A DNA stretch of 64,000 nucleotides from an uncultured delta proteobacterium. Its GTDB lineage: Bacteria > Myxococcota > Myxococcia > Myxococcales > Anaeromyxobacteraceae. The position numbers and the translations under genes were made by a program. Of the stretch, positions 10,620-22,825 are shown piece by piece (positions within the stretch are counted from its first letter, which is position 1; every line of letters starts with the position of its first letter). The notes below the pieces were generated by a model. The model did not search any database. It was not told the origin of the DNA and saw only the letters and a list, made by a program, of their open reading frames with translations. Location: assembly GCA_963766715.1 (NCBI GenBank), contig CAVYBH010000012.1, positions 128,001 through 192,000 of the forward strand, written 5' to 3'.

Positions 10620-11666
10620 ATGGAGTCCCGCGACCTGCTGCGGGAGCTCGAGCGGAAGGTTCAGGAGCTCCAGGCGTTCAACGACATCGGCCGCTCCCTG
10701 GCCGGGACCCTCGACATCCACGAGCTGCTCGCGGTCATCATGCAGAAGGTGAGCGAGGTGCTCCGCCCCGAGCACTGGTCGCTCCTGCTCGTCGACGAGG
10801 CCAAGCAGGAGCTGGTCTTCGAGATCGCGGTCGGCGAGGGAGCCGAGCGGCTGAAGGCCATGCGCCTGCCCCTCGGGGAAGGGGTGGCGGGCCACGTCGC
10901 CACCTCGGGACGCCCGGTGCTCGTGCCCGACGTCCGCCAGGACCCCCGCTTCGCCGCCCGATTCGACGACGCCTCCGGCATGGTCACCGGCAGCCTTCTC
11001 GCCGTGCCGCTCCAGTCGAAGGGGCGGGTGCTCGGGGTGGTCGAGCTCGTGAACCCGCGGGGCGGCCATCCCTTCGACGCCACCGACCAGCGGACGCTGG
11101 AGGCCCTCGCCGACTACGCGGCCATCGCCATCGACAACGCGCGGGCCTACGAGCGCATCCGGGAACTCACGCTCCGCGACGAGCACACCGGCCTCTTCAA
11201 CTCCCGCCACCTCTGGCGGCAGCTGGAGATGGAGGTGGCCCGCACCGCCCGGACCGGCAGGCCGTTCTCGCTGGTCTTCGTGGACCTCGATCACTTCAAG
11301 CAGGTGAACGACCGGTTCGGGCACCAGGCGGGGAGCGGAGTCCTGAAGGAGGTCGGGGACCTCATCCGTCACAAGATCCGGACCATCGACGTGCCGGTCC
11401 GCTACGGCGGGGACGAGTTCGTCGTCCTGCTGCCCGAGACGGACAAGGTCCATGCCCGCACCGTCGCCGATCGGATCCGCGTGGCCATGGCCGAGGCGAC
11501 CTTCCTGCGGGAGAGCGGACTCGCGGTGAAGATCACGGCCAGCTTCGGCCTCTCGACCTGCCCGGAGGACGGGGACACCCCGGAGAAGGTCGTCCAGGGA
11601 GCCGACGCGGCGATGTACCGGGTGAAGGAATCGAGCCGGAACGCCGTGGGCGAGGCCGGCGGGTAG
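10620..11666 (+). CDS. GAF-GGDEF diguanylate cyclase
   Basis: GAF domain, [18 protein letters not shown], intact YGGDEF with RTID I-site five residues upstream. Confidence 0.93.
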   Translation: MESRDLLRELERKVQELQAFNDIGRSLAGTLDIHELLAVIMQKVSEVLRPEHWSLLLVDEAKQELVFEIAVGEGAERLKAMRLPLGEGVAGHVATSGRPVLVPDVRQDPRFAARFDDASGMVTGSLLAVPLQSKGRVLGVVELVNPRGGHPFDATDQRTLEALADYAAIAIDNARAYERIRELTLRDEHTGLFNSRHLWRQLEMEVARTARTGRPFSLVFVDLDHFKQVNDRFGHQAGSGVLKEVGDLIRHKIRTIDVPVRYGGDEFVVLLPETDKVHARTVADRIRVAMAEATFLRESGLAVKITASFGLSTCPEDGDTPEKVVQGADAAMYRVKESSRNAVGEAGG

Positions 11667-11709
11667 CCGGCCGGCCCAGGGCTCCGGCTCGAGGTGCGTC
11701 GCGAGCGGG

Positions 11710-13288
11710 CTACCTGCTGCTGCTGCGCCGCCACGGCTCCGCGCAGGAGCGCGTCGTTCACCTTGATGGTGGCGCCGTCCCGCAGCGTCTTCAGCCAGGC
11801 GGTCTCGACCTCCGCCTGCCGGCGGGAGGTGAGGCGGGCGGCGATCTCGTCGCGCTGCCGCTCGTACTTGGCAGGGTCGGGGCGCTGCCGCTCCTTCACC
11901 TGGGCCACCACCGGCCCGGCGGGCGTGGCGTACACGTCCGGCAGCGTCTGGCCCGCGGCGGTGGCGGCGGCGGCGGCGGCGTAGAGGGCCGGGGCCTCCC
12001 CGAGGCCGGGCACGGTGGCGGCGGCCGGGTTGAAGAGGCCGCTGTCGCGGGCCACGATGGGCTCGCCACCGAGGGTGGGGCCAGCCTTCCGCGCGTCGGG
12101 CTGGGCGGCAGGGAACATCGCCTCGAGCTTCTTGCCGGCCCGGGCCTGGGCGAGTGCCTCGCGCGCCCGGCGGTCGGCGATCTTCCGCGCGCCCTCGAGC
12201 TCGAGGATCTCGCGAGCCAGGGAGGTCTCGACCTCCTTGAGCGGCACGACGCGGGCGTCCTCCACCCCCTCGACGAGGATGAGGTGCCAGCCGAAGCGGG
12301 TGCGCACCGGCGCAGAGACCTCGCCCGCCTTCAGCGCGAAGGCGGCGTCGTCGAAGGGCTTGGCCATGAGCCCCGGGCCGAACGTGCCCAGGTCGCCGCC
12401 CTTCTCGCGGGTCGCGGTGTCGTCGGTCGTCTCCTTCGCCACCTGGGCGAAGGGTTCCTTCTTCACGCGCTCGGCGAGCCCCTCGATCTTCTTCTTGGCG
12501 GCGTCGTCCTGGGCCGCCGGGGCGCCCTCGGGCACCTTCACGAGGATGTGGCGGGCGTGGACCTGCTTCTTCTTCTCGAAGCGGGCCGCGTTGTCCTTGT
12601 AGGCCTTCTGGACCTTCGCCGCGTCGGTCCGGAGGAGCGCCGCCACCTCGGCGTCGGTGACCTTGACCTCCTTGCGAGCGGCGGCGAACGGGAAGCGCAC
12701 CCACTCGAGCTCCACGCGGTCGGCGTCGGCCATCCAGGCCGCGCGGACCTCGTCCTCGGAGACCAGGGCTCCTTCGCGGAGGAGGGCCGTCATCTTCTGG
12801 AAGAGCAGGTCGTCGACGAGCCGCTCCTCGAAGCGGGACTCCGACCCGTAGGACTGCCGCACGGCGCGCCGGTAGAGCTCGATGTCGAAGCGACCGTCGG
12901 TCTGGAAGCTGGGGATGGACCAGACGACCCGGTTCACCTCGTCCGGGGTGACGCGGAGGCCGCGACGCTTGGCCTCCTGCACCACCAGCACCCGGTCGAC
13001 GAGCTGGTTCATGGCCACGTTGCGCAGGCCGAGCTGGTCGGCGAGCTCGCGGGTGAAGCTCTGGCCGACCCGGGCCTGGTAGGTCCGGAAGAGGTTTCCG
13101 TAGGCCTCCTCGTAGTCGGCCGGCGCCACCGCGTAGCCGTCGATCTCGACGGCCGTGTGCGAGGAGAGCCCTTCCACCTGGCATCCCTGGGAGCCCGGTC
13201 CGAACGACACCACGAAGACGATGATGATGATGCCGAAGAGCACGTAGGTGAGGACGCTGCGGCTCTTCGAGCGAAGGATGTCCAGCAT
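11710..13288 (-). CDS. ppiD: SurA/PpiD-type peptidyl-prolyl isomerase chaperone (probable 1-nt indel before stop)
   Basis: N-terminal TM, SurA-N region, parvulin motifs VHARHILV, GGDLG, RTRFGWHLI; TAG at 11710-11712 is one base out of frame after QQQQ. Confidence 0.85.
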
Positions 13289-13426
13289 GAGGTAGAAGGC
13301 TCCCGCGGGGTGGAGTTCCGGTCGGCGGCCCTGGCCGCGACGGGGTTGAACAAGTAGGTCGATAGGCGCTAAAATGCAAGGGTTTTCGAGGTCGGGACGG
13401 GCGGCGCGGGCGAGGTCGGAGTCGAA

Positions 13427-14293
13427 TTGCTCTCTCTTCTGAAGCGGTACCGGGAAGTCCTCGTCGTGGTGGTCCTCGCGGTGGTCCCGCTGGGCGTGTT
13501 CCTCGCCCATGCGCGCCACCCCGCCGACCGGACCGCGCTCGATCGGTTCGTCCTCACGGCCACGAGCCCCATCGAGAAGGCGGTCGACTGGTCGCTCTCC
13601 GGCGTGCTCACCACCTGGCAGCGCTACGTCTGGCTCCGGGGCGCGCACGATCAGGCCCTCGCGCTCACCCGCACGGTGAACGAGCTGCGCGCCGAGAACG
13701 CCCAGCTCGCCCAGCTGAAGGTCGAGAACGAGCGGCTGGAACGATTGCTGGCCTTCGCGCGTTCCAAGCCAGAGCACCGGGCGGTGGGCGCCCGGATCAT
13801 CGGAACGCGAATGGACCCCAAGGGACTTCAGCTCGTCACCATCGACCGCGGCTCCGACGACGGCATCCGCCGGATGATGCCGGTGGTCACGGCCGACGGC
13901 GTGGTGGGGCGCGTCCACACCCTGGGATCGCACAGCGCCGACATCCTGCTCCTCTCCGACCGCAACAGCTCCATCGCGGTCCGGATCGAGCGGTCCCGCG
14001 CCCGGGCCAACGTGCGCGGACAGGGCGCGCCCGGGCCGTGCCGGCTCGAGTACGCGCTCCGCTCCGACGACCTGATCGAGGGGGACCTCCTGCTCACCTC
14101 GGGCACCGATGGCGTCTTCCCGCGCGGCCTCGCGGTCGGACAGGTGACCCGGGTGAAGCGCGGCGGCTTCGGCCTCTACCAGGCGGCCGAGGTGATCCCC
14201 GCCGTCGACGTGAACCGGGTGGAGGAGGTCGCCGTGCTGGTCTCCACCGAGAATCCCGGCGCCCTTCCCGCCGCGCTCGCGCCCGAGCCATGA
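13427..14293 (+). CDS. mreC: Rod shape-determining protein MreC
   Basis: TM, coiled coil ENERLERLL, IDRGSDDGI, GVVGRV, TSGTDGVFPRG. Confidence 0.93.
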   Translation: MLSLLKRYREVLVVVVLAVVPLGVFLAHARHPADRTALDRFVLTATSPIEKAVDWSLSGVLTTWQRYVWLRGAHDQALALTRTVNELRAENAQLAQLKVENERLERLLAFARSKPEHRAVGARIIGTRMDPKGLQLVTIDRGSDDGIRRMMPVVTADGVVGRVHTLGSHSADILLLSDRNSSIAVRIERSRARANVRGQGAPGPCRLEYALRSDDLIEGDLLLTSGTDGVFPRGLAVGQVTRVKRGGFGLYQAAEVIPAVDVNRVEEVAVLVSTENPGALPAALAPEP

Positions 14294-14812
14294 GGAGATA
14301 CGTCCGGATCCCGCTGGCGCTGCTGGCGGCGCTGGTGCTGCTCGCCTTGGGCGCGTCGGCCACGAGCCAGCTCGCGGGCGGTGCCGTGTCCGTGGCGCTG
14401 GCCGTGCCGGTCATCGTCTGGCTGGGCGTCGAGACCCCGGTCGTCGAGGGGGCCATCGGCGCCGCGCTGGTGGGCGTGCTGCTCGACGCGGCCGCGGGAG
14501 GCCCGGGCGGGCTCCTCACCTTCCTGTCGGTGATGATCGTCGTGGGCGTGCGGGCGGGGGCGGGGCCCTTCGACGCCCGGAGCGACCTGGGCTTCGCGCT
14601 GCTCAGCGGCGCCGCCACCTTCACGATGGGCTTCGGGGCGATCCTGCTCACCCGCTACGTGACGCAGGAGGGAAGCCGAGCCGGGCTGGTCCTTGCTGGG
14701 GCGCGTGCTCGTCGAGTCGCTCCTCACCGCCCTGGCCGCGCCCGCAGTCCGCTGGGCGCTCGACCGCATCGTGGTCCCGGCCCACCGCGACCTGCCGGGG
14801 GCCCTGCGATGA
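14290..14812 (+). CDS. mreD: MreD-like membrane protein (frameshift near 14680)
   Basis: Multi-TM ORF between mreC and mrdA, ATGA overlap with mreC; alternate frame continues ...ALDRIVVPAHRDLPGALR*. Confidence 0.7.
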
Positions 14813-14825
14813 CCCGGGGGCTCCC

Positions 14826-16847
14826 GTGACGCTCGGTCCGTCCGGCTCGCGTGGGGAGGGAGGGGCGCGCCTGCTCTGGATGGCGGGCATCGCCTCCTTC
14901 GCCTTCCTGGTGCTCCTCTCGCGCCTCTACCACCTGCAGATCCTCCGGGGCGAGGAGTACAAGGGGCGCGCCGACGAGAACTTCGTGAAGGAGCTCCGGG
15001 TCCCGGCCGACCGCGGGCTGGTCCTCGACCGGACGCGCAAGGTCCTCGTCGACTCCCGGCCGAGCTACGACGTGGTCCTCATCCCGTGGTTCTGCGGGAA
15101 GGCCTGCGACGACGTGGTGGCGCGGCTCGCGGCCCTGCTCTCCCTCTCCTTCGAGGAGGAGCAGCGCGTGCGCGAGCACCTCGCCACCGCGCGCGGCCTG
15201 GTCCGGTTCCGTCCCTTCACGGTCAAGGTCGACATCTCGCGGGACGAGCTCGACGTGGTCGAGGCCAATCGCATCGAGCTCTCCGGGGCCGTCGACGTGC
15301 TCCCCACCCCGCACCGGAGCTACCGGCACGGCGTCTGGGCCAGCCACCTGCTCGGGTACATGAACGAGGTGGGCGCCGAGGAGATCGTGAAGCTGAACGC
15401 CGAGCTGGAGGAGCTGGGCGGGGATCAGCAGCCCTACCAGCCGCGCGACTTCGTGGGGCGGCGGGGCCTGGAGAAGCGCTTCGAGCGCGACCTCCGCGGC
15501 GTGGACGGCGTGCAGCGCGTGGTCGTCGACGCGCGCGGGAACGCCAAGCGGGACAGCGAGCTCATTCCCGAGGCGCAGCGCTACGAGCCCTCCTCGCCGG
15601 GCAACAACCTGGTCCTCTCCCTCGACTGGCGGCTGCAGGAGTTCGCCGAGAAGACCTTCCCGGCCACGGCGGGCGCGGTGCTCGCCATGGACGCGAGGAC
15701 CGGGTTCCTCCTCGCGCTGGTGGACCGGCCGGCCATCGACCCCAACAAGATGGCGGGCCGCATCAGCCGCGCCGAGCTGGCCGCCATCCGGGGCGATCCG
15801 CTCCAGCCCGAGCTCTTCCGGGCCATCCAGCAGCACTACCACCCCGGCTCGACGTTCAAGGTGGTGACCGCCATCGCCGCGCTGGAGGAGGGCGCGCTGC
15901 GGCCGGGCGGCACGGTGTACTGTCCGGGCCGCTACACGCTGGGTGGACACAGCTGGCGGTGCGACAAGGAGACGGGCCACGGCCAGGTCGACCTGGAGCA
16001 CGCGCTCGGCGCCAGCTGCGACGTCTTCTTCTACGCGCTGGGCGACCGGATGGGCACCGACCGGATCGCGAAATGGGGGGCGCTCCTCGGCCTGGGCAAG
16101 CCCACCGGCCTCGACCTCCAGGGGGAGATCCCGGGCGTGATGCCCGACGAGGCCTGGCACGACGCCCGCCAGCCCGGAGGGCACCAGCACGGCATGTCCC
16201 TCAACATCGCCATCGGCCAGGGGGACGTGAACGTGACGCCCCTCCAGCAGCTGGTCCTCTACGGCGCCATCGCCACCGGGAAGGTCTGGAAGCCGCAGGT
16301 CGTCCTGCGAATCGAGGATCCTCGCGGAGAGGTGCTGAAGGAATTCCCCCCGGAGGTCCGCGGGAAGCTGCCCATCAAGCAGGAGACCCGCGACGCCGTG
16401 ATGAAGGGGCTGCTCGCGACCGTGAACGAGCCCTTCGGCACCGCCCGCGGCGTGAAGCTGAAGGACACGGTCATGGCCGGCAAGACCGGCACCGCACAGG
16501 TGGTGAAACTGGGGGCCAAGCGGCTCAAGGCCTCGCAGGTCGGCTACTTCGAGCGGGACCACGCGTGGTTCGCCGCCTACGCGCCGGCCGACGACCCGGA
16601 GATCGTGGTGGTGGTGCTGAACGAGCACTCGGGCTTCGGGGCCTCCAACGCGGCCCCCACGGCCGCCGCGCTGGTGCGCAAGTGGCTGGAGCTGAAGGAG
16701 GAGGACGCGCGCGCGCGGGACGGCGCGAATCGCCCCGCCGAGGCGCCTCCCGCGGCGCCTCCCCCGGCGCCGCCTCCCGCCGGACGTCCGGAGAAGCCGG
16801 CCCGGGCCGCGCTCGACCCCGCCGCCGGAGCTCGCCGTGGCGCTTGA
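14826..16847 (+). CDS. mrdA: Penicillin-binding protein 2
   Basis: N-terminal TM; PGSTFK (SxxK), SCD, KTG motifs. Confidence 0.95.
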   Translation: MTLGPSGSRGEGGARLLWMAGIASFAFLVLLSRLYHLQILRGEEYKGRADENFVKELRVPADRGLVLDRTRKVLVDSRPSYDVVLIPWFCGKACDDVVARLAALLSLSFEEEQRVREHLATARGLVRFRPFTVKVDISRDELDVVEANRIELSGAVDVLPTPHRSYRHGVWASHLLGYMNEVGAEEIVKLNAELEELGGDQQPYQPRDFVGRRGLEKRFERDLRGVDGVQRVVVDARGNAKRDSELIPEAQRYEPSSPGNNLVLSLDWRLQEFAEKTFPATAGAVLAMDARTGFLLALVDRPAIDPNKMAGRISRAELAAIRGDPLQPELFRAIQQHYHPGSTFKVVTAIAALEEGALRPGGTVYCPGRYTLGGHSWRCDKETGHGQVDLEHALGASCDVFFYALGDRMGTDRIAKWGALLGLGKPTGLDLQGEIPGVMPDEAWHDARQPGGHQHGMSLNIAIGQGDVNVTPLQQLVLYGAIATGKVWKPQVVLRIEDPRGEVLKEFPPEVRGKLPIKQETRDAVMKGLLATVNEPFGTARGVKLKDTVMAGKTGTAQVVKLGAKRLKASQVGYFERDHAWFAAYAPADDPEIVVVVLNEHSGFGASNAAPTAAALVRKWLELKEEDARARDGANRPAEAPPAAPPPAPPPAGRPEKPARAALDPAAGARRGA

Positions 16848-17973
16848 CCTCTCCGGGCTCGCCAGCCTGGGCGCGCCGCGGGACCGCTCCTTCGCCCGCT
16901 TCCCCTGGCACGTGGTCTTCCTGGTCCTGGCCATCTGCGGGCTGGGCGTCTGGAACCTCGCCTCGGCCTCCCGCAGCTCGCACGTCGACATCTGGATGAC
17001 CCAGGCCACCTGGATGGGGATCGGGACGGCGCTCGCCCTCTTCGTGGTGCTGGTCGACTACAAGCTCTTCCGGCAGGGCGCCTGGATCCTCTACGGCGTC
17101 GTGCTGCTGCTGCTCGTGGCGGTGCTCGTGAAGGGGCGGGTGGTGATGGGGGCCCGGCGGTGGATCCACGTCGGGCCCGTGGGTTTCCAGCCCTCCGAGT
17201 TCGCCAAGATCGCGGTCATCCTGGTGCTCGCCCGGTGGTTCTCCCGGGACGCCGAGAGCGACCCGAGGCGCGGGCCCCGGGGGCTGCTGGAGATCGCGAT
17301 CCCGGCGCTCCTCGTCCTCGTGCCGGCGGTGCTGGTCCAGCGGGAGCCCGACCTGGGCACGGCGCTCATCGTCGTCGCCGTGGGCGCGACGATGATCCTG
17401 TTCGCCGGCGTCCGGTGGAAGACGCTCGTGGTGCTGGTGGCGGCGGTGACCGTGGCGGCCGGCGCGGCCTGGCCCCACCTGAAGCCCTACCAGCGGAAGC
17501 GGGTCGAGACGTTCCTCAACCCCGAGGGAGACGTCCTGGGTGCGGGCTACCACGCGACCCAGTCGATGATCGCGGTGGGGTCCGGGCAGGGGTTCGGGAA
17601 GGGCTGGGGGCAGGGGACCCAGACCTTGCTCTCGTTCCTTCCCGAGCAGCACACCGACTTCATCTTCTCGGTGTGGGCGGAGGAGCACGGGTTCGCCGGC
17701 GCGCTCCTGCTGCTCGTCCTCTACTTCGCGCTGGTGGGGTCCGGGATCACCATCGCGCTCCGGGCGCGCGACCGGTTCGGCCAGTTCGTGGCGGTGGGGG
17801 CGACCGCGCTCGTCTTCTGGCACGCCTTCATCAACCTGGGGATGGTGACGGGCGTGATGCCGGTGGTGGGCGTGACGCTCCCGCTCATGAGCTACGGCGG
17901 GACGTCGGTGCTGGTGGTGTTCCTGGCGCTCGCGCTGCTCGCCAGCGTGGGAACCCGCCGCTTCGTCAACTGA
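16837..17973 (+). CDS. rodA: Rod shape-determining SEDS protein RodA
   Basis: GARRW, QPSEFAK, PDLGT, PEQHTDFIF, LPLMSYGG. Confidence 0.95.
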   Translation: MALDLSGLASLGAPRDRSFARFPWHVVFLVLAICGLGVWNLASASRSSHVDIWMTQATWMGIGTALALFVVLVDYKLFRQGAWILYGVVLLLLVAVLVKGRVVMGARRWIHVGPVGFQPSEFAKIAVILVLARWFSRDAESDPRRGPRGLLEIAIPALLVLVPAVLVQREPDLGTALIVVAVGATMILFAGVRWKTLVVLVAAVTVAAGAAWPHLKPYQRKRVETFLNPEGDVLGAGYHATQSMIAVGSGQGFGKGWGQGTQTLLSFLPEQHTDFIFSVWAEEHGFAGALLLLVLYFALVGSGITIALRARDRFGQFVAVGATALVFWHAFINLGMVTGVMPVVGVTLPLMSYGGTSVLVVFLALALLASVGTRRFVN

Positions 17974-17997
17974 CGGGCGGCGGGCGGCCGACCGTTC

Positions 17998-18327
17998 CTA
18001 GGCCGAGACCTTCTTCACGCTGTCGAGGATGCGGGTCCGGTCGCTGCCGACGACCGTGTCGACCACCTTGCCGCCCTTGAAGACGAGCAGGGTCGGGATC
18101 GAGCGGATGTTGTACTTCTGGGCGACGACCTGGTGCTTGTCGATGTCCATCTTGCCGACCTTCACCTTGCCCTTGAAGTCGGTGGCGATCTGCTCGACCA
18201 CGGGCGCGATGGCCTTGCAGGGCCCGCACCACGTGGCCCAGAAATCGACCAGGACGGGAAGTTCGCTCTTGAGCACCTCGTTGTCGAAGGTGCCGTCCTC
18301 GAGGGTCACGACGTCGTTGGAGGCCAT
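17998..18327 (-). CDS. trxA: Thioredoxin
   Basis: VDFWATWCGPCK, SIPTL. Confidence 0.97.
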   Translation of the reverse strand: MASNDVVTLEDGTFDNEVLKSELPVLVDFWATWCGPCKAIAPVVEQIATDFKGKVKVGKMDIDKHQVVAQKYNIRSIPTLLVFKGGKVVDTVVGSDRTRILDSVKKVSA

Positions 18328-18427
18328 GCCGGCTTCCTAACTCCTCGGGCGCGTGCTGGCAAGCGGGGCAGGGGGCATGCTAGCCTGTCCGTCCCCCGCA
18401 AACGTGCGAAACAACGGCGATCTCTCC

Positions 18428-18874
18428 ATGGCAGGTGGACTCCTCTTCGTCTCGCAGTCGCTCCTCGACACCTGGGCCGGCCAGGGTCGCGTCGACCTGG
18501 ACGCACGCTCGATCACGCTCCTTTCCGGGGAGGGTCAGGGCCGCCGCTACGCACTGGAGCCCGCCGCGAGGTTCCTCCGCGTGTCTGCCGGGGGCGACGA
18601 CCCGAACCAGCTGCTCGCCCGGGTGAAGACCCTCGCCCAGATCCGGGAGATGGGCGGCGACTTCCTCGCCGATTCCGTCGTCCTCGGCGAGACGGCCTAC
18701 GAGGTCGAGCCGGGATTCCTGGCCGAGGCCTCGGTCGTCGAGGCGGCCGGCCGGGCCGCTCCGGCCGCGGTCGCCCGGTCGTCCGGGAACGCGAACGGCC
18801 TCCCGCGCGACCTGGAGGAGAGGCGCAAGGAAGCGGAAGCACTGGCCCGGTTCCTTCTTGACAATCTTTCGTGA
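18428..18874 (+). CDS. Hypothetical protein
   Basis: Coding-like codon bias and globular composition; fills the gap between trxA and the heme cluster. Confidence 0.7.
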   Translation: MAGGLLFVSQSLLDTWAGQGRVDLDARSITLLSGEGQGRRYALEPAARFLRVSAGGDDPNQLLARVKTLAQIREMGGDFLADSVVLGETAYEVEPGFLAEASVVEAAGRAAPAAVARSSGNANGLPRDLEERRKEAEALARFLLDNLS

Positions 18875-18922
18875 CGGGAACACTACGACCCGTCCACACT
18901 GACGCCCCGAGCGAGACTCCTG

Positions 18923-19768
18923 ATGAGCCTGATGGTTCTCCGCTTCTCCGCCCTGTTCTACGCCGGGGCGGTCGCTGCCTACGTCGTCTACTTCGCCCGC
19001 CCGCGGCACGCGGGGCTGGCGACGGTGGGCCAGTGGCTCCTGGGCATCGCCTTCCTGGTCCAGGCGGCCGCCATCGGGCTGGGCTGCAAGGAGTACGGCG
19101 GGGCCGAGTTCTTCGGGCTGCGGGGCGGGCTCGTGGTCATGACCTGGCTGGCGGCGGGCGCCTCGCTGATCGTCCAGCGGCTCTACCGGATCCCGGCCGT
19201 CGGCGCCTTCATCACGCCGCTCGTGCTGGTGGTCCTGCTCCCCACGCTCTTCCTCGTGAAGCCGGACTTCCCCGAGGTCCTGCCCGAGGCCGTCCGCCGC
19301 CCGATGCTCACGATCCACATCGTGACGGCGCTCCTCGGGGTGTCCCTCTTCGCCATCGCCTCCGGGGTCGCGGTCATGTACCTCCTCCAGGAGCGCGAGG
19401 TGAAGGGGAAGCGCTTCGGGGCGCTCTTCTCCCGGCTCCCCTCGCTGGCCGCCCTCGATCAGCTGAACCAGCGGCTCGTGCGCTTCGGCTTCGTCGTCTA
19501 CACGGTGGCCCTGCTCACCGGGTCCGGCATGGCCAAGGTGGTCTGGAAGAGCGCCTGGCAGTGGGACCCGCAGCAGGTCAGCTCGCTCGTCATCTGGACC
19601 CTCTACGGCGTGATGGTCCAGCTCCGCCACACCGGCTGGCACGGACGCCGCTTCGCCTTCCTCACCATCGCAGCCTTCGGCCTGGTCATCGGGTCGATGG
19701 TCACGCTCAACGTGCTGCCGGCCGGCGTGACCCGGCACGGGGGCGACTTCAGCGGGGAGCTGAAGTGA
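18923..19768 (+). CDS. CcsA/HemX-like cytochrome c biogenesis membrane protein
   Basis: About 8 TM segments, [20 protein letters not shown] motif; first gene of the hemACD cluster. Confidence 0.8.
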   Translation: MSLMVLRFSALFYAGAVAAYVVYFARPRHAGLATVGQWLLGIAFLVQAAAIGLGCKEYGGAEFFGLRGGLVVMTWLAAGASLIVQRLYRIPAVGAFITPLVLVVLLPTLFLVKPDFPEVLPEAVRRPMLTIHIVTALLGVSLFAIASGVAVMYLLQEREVKGKRFGALFSRLPSLAALDQLNQRLVRFGFVVYTVALLTGSGMAKVVWKSAWQWDPQQVSSLVIWTLYGVMVQLRHTGWHGRRFAFLTIAAFGLVIGSMVTLNVLPAGVTRHGGDFSGELK

Positions 19769-21091
19769 GCAAGGGTCGCGAGCTTCACCTCGTCGGGCTC
19801 TCCCACAAGAGCGCCCCGGTGGCGGTGCGCGAGCAGGTGGCCCTGAACGGCGACGTCCTGAAGGACGCGCTGGCGGGCCTGGCCGTCCGCCCGGGCGTCG
19901 CGGAGGCCATGGTGGTCTCCACCTGCAACCGGGTCGAGTGCTACGTCTACGGCGAGTCGCTCGAGGAGGCGCGCAGGTTCTTCCTGGAGCGGACCGCCGA
20001 GGCCGGGGGGCACCTCTACGAGCGCTCCGGCCGCGAGGCCATCCGCCACCTCTTCCGGGTGGCCGCCAGCCTGGACTCGATGGTGGTGGGAGAGCCCCAG
20101 ATCCTCGGGCAGGTGAAGGAAGCCTACGGGCTCGCCGCCTCGGCCGAGACCGCCGGCACGTTCGTGTCGCGCCTGTGCAACCGCGCCTTCGCCACCGCGA
20201 AGCGCGTCCGGACCGAGACCGAGATCGCCCGGGGGGCCGGCAGCGTCTCCCAGGTCGCCGTCGAGCTGGTCGAGAAGATCTTCGGCGACCTCCGCGGACG
20301 GGCCGTGCTGCTGGTGGGCGCCGGGAAGATGGGGGCCCTGTCCGCCAAGGCGCTCCGGGACCTGGGCGCCGATCGGATCCTCGTGACCAACCGGTCGCCG
20401 GAGCGGGCCCGGGCGCTGGCCGTGGAGATCGGCGCGAGCGCCGAGCCGTGGGAGTCGCTGACCAGCCTGCTGGCGCTGGCGGACGTGGTCATCGTCTCCA
20501 CCGGCGCCCCGACCTACGTCATCACCCAGGAGCTCGCCGAGCAGGTGATGAAGGCCCGTCGCGGCCGCTCCATCTGCTACATCGACCTGGCGGTTCCGCG
20601 AAACGTCGACCCCGCCTGCGGCCAGCAGGACAACGTCTACGCCTACGACATCGACGACCTGCAGAAGGTCGTGGTCCAGACCCACGCCGCCCGCGCGGAG
20701 GAGGCCATCCGGGCCGAGGCCATCGTCGAGTCCGAGGTGATGGCCTTCGCGCAGGAGCGGGAGACCCGCGCCGCGCTGCCGGTGCTGGCCGAGCTCCGCC
20801 GGCGCGCCGAGCAAATCGCGCGCGCCGAGGCGGAGCGCACGCTCTCCCACCTGGGGGGCAAGCTCGACGACAAGGGGCGAAAGAGCGTCGAGGCCATGGC
20901 CCAGGCAATCGTGAACAAGCTCCTCCACGGACCCGACCGCCCGGCTGAAGGAAGCCGCCGCCTCGGGCGACAGCGACCTCCCCGGCGCGGCCGCCGAGCT
21001 CTTCGGCGTCGAGGCCGAACCGAACCCGCAACCGCGCCGCCGTCCGGAGAGCGACTCCGACGCTGCCGCCCAGCCGGAGTCCCACCGATGA
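19765..21091 (+). CDS. hemA: Glutamyl-tRNA reductase (frameshift near 20935)
   Basis: [52 protein letters not shown]. Confidence 0.95.
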
Positions 21092-22027
21092 CCGTCCGAA
21101 TCGCCACCCGCCGCAGCGCCCTCGCCAAGTGGCAGGCCCACCACGTCTCCTCCCTGCTCGTGGGGCTCGAGCCCGGCCTCGACGTCCAGCTGCTCGAGCT
21201 CATGACCCGGGGGGACCGGATCCTCGACGTCCCGCTCGCCGAGGTCGGCGGCAAGGGGCTCTTCGTGAAGGAGATCGAGGACGCGCTCCTCCGGGGAGAC
21301 GCCCAGATCGCCGTCCACTCGATGAAGGACCTGCCCGCCGTCGAGCCGGAGGGGCTCGTCATCGCCGCCGTGCCGGTGCGGGAGGACCCTCGCGACGCGC
21401 TCGTCTCCCACGGCAAGCGTCTCGAGGATCTGCCCCGCGGCGCGAAGGTCGGCACCGCCAGCCTGCGCCGCTCGGCCCAGCTGCACGCGCTCCGCCCCAA
21501 TCTGAAGATCGAGACCATCCGCGGCAACGTGGCCACGCGGCTGCGGAAGATCGACGAGGGCTTCGACGCGGTGGTGCTCGCCCACGCGGGGCTGAAGCGG
21601 CTCGGGCTGGCCGACAAGGTCGTCCAGGTCTTCTCCACCGACGAGATGCTCCCGGCGGTCGCGCAGGGTGCGCTCGCCATCGAGGCCCGCAAGGACGACC
21701 CCGAGACGTTGCGCCGCCTGGCGCCGCTCGAGGACCGGACGACCCGCATCCAGATCGAGGCGGAGCGAGGATTCCTCCGCACGCTGCAGGGGGGCTGCCA
21801 GGTTCCCATCGCCGGGCACGCCGAGGTGAAGGGCGGAGAGGTCCGGCTGCGCGGGCTGGTGGCGAACCTCGACGGCACCGTGATCATCCGGGGCGAGCGG
21901 TCCGGGCCCGTCGCGGAGGCCGCGCGCATCGGCGTGGCGCTCGCGGAGGAGCTCCTCTCCCGCGGGGCAGGCGGAGATCCTCGCCGCCATCGAGAAGGGA
22001 CCCGCGCTGTCGGCGCCGAGACGGTGA
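21088..22027 (+). CDS. hemC: Hydroxymethylbilane synthase (frameshift near 21970)
   Basis: [40 protein letters not shown]. Confidence 0.95.
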
Positions 22028-22810
22028 GCGACGAGCTTCCCAGGCTGGACGGCCGCTGCGTGGCGGTCACCCGCGGAAAGGGCGGCGAGGACGGACTGTC
22101 CGCGCGCCTGCGGGAGCTGGGAGCGAAGGTGCTCGACGTCCCCGCCATCGCGGTGGCGCCGCCCGAGTCCTGGGCGGCGCTCGACGAGGCGCTCTCGGAC
22201 GCTGGCGCAGTTCGACTGGATCGCCTTCGCCAGCGCGACGGCCGTGGACGCCACGCTCTCCCGGATCTCCACGCTCGGCGTCTCCCCGCCGCCCATGGGG
22301 ACCCGGATCGCGGCGGTGGGGAAGGCCACCGCCGACCGGCTCCAGAACCGCCTGCGCGCCCCGGACCTGATCCCGGAGACGGCCACCGGCTGGGCGCTCG
22401 CGGCCGCCATGGCGCCGCACGTGCGGGGGCGGAAGGTGCTCGTGCCGCGCGCCGCCGACGGGCGCCCCGAGCTGATGGAGGGGCTGGTCGCCGCGGGGGC
22501 CGACGTGACGGCGGTGACCTGCTACCGCACGGTGCCGGTCTCGGCGCCCCAGGTCGAGCCGCTCGGCGAGGCCATCGTCGACGGCGCGGTCGACGTGGTG
22601 ACGTTCGCCTCCCCATCCGCGGTGCGGAGCATCGTGGCCGGGCTCGGGGCCCGCGCCGCGCTCCTCGACCGGTGCGCGCTCGCGGCCATCGGCCCCACCA
22701 CCGCGGCGGCGCTGCAGGAGGCCGGGCTTCGCGTCACGGTGATCCCGGCGGCCTCGACGGCGTCCGACCTGGCCGAGGCCATCGCCCGGCACGTCGGTCC
22801 GCGTCGCTGA
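22024..22810 (+). CDS. hemD: Uroporphyrinogen-III synthase (frameshift near 22205)
   Basis: [29 protein letters not shown]. Confidence 0.9.
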
Positions 22811-22825
22811 CGGAAGCGCCCGGCG

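Noticed and set aside
11402..11712. Long antisense overlap of ppiD with the diguanylate cyclase
   Set aside because: A TAG lies one base out of frame right after QQQQ; an indel explains the extension
13289..13426. mreB missing before mreC
   Set aside because: mreB is known to lie apart from mreCD in myxobacteria; not novel
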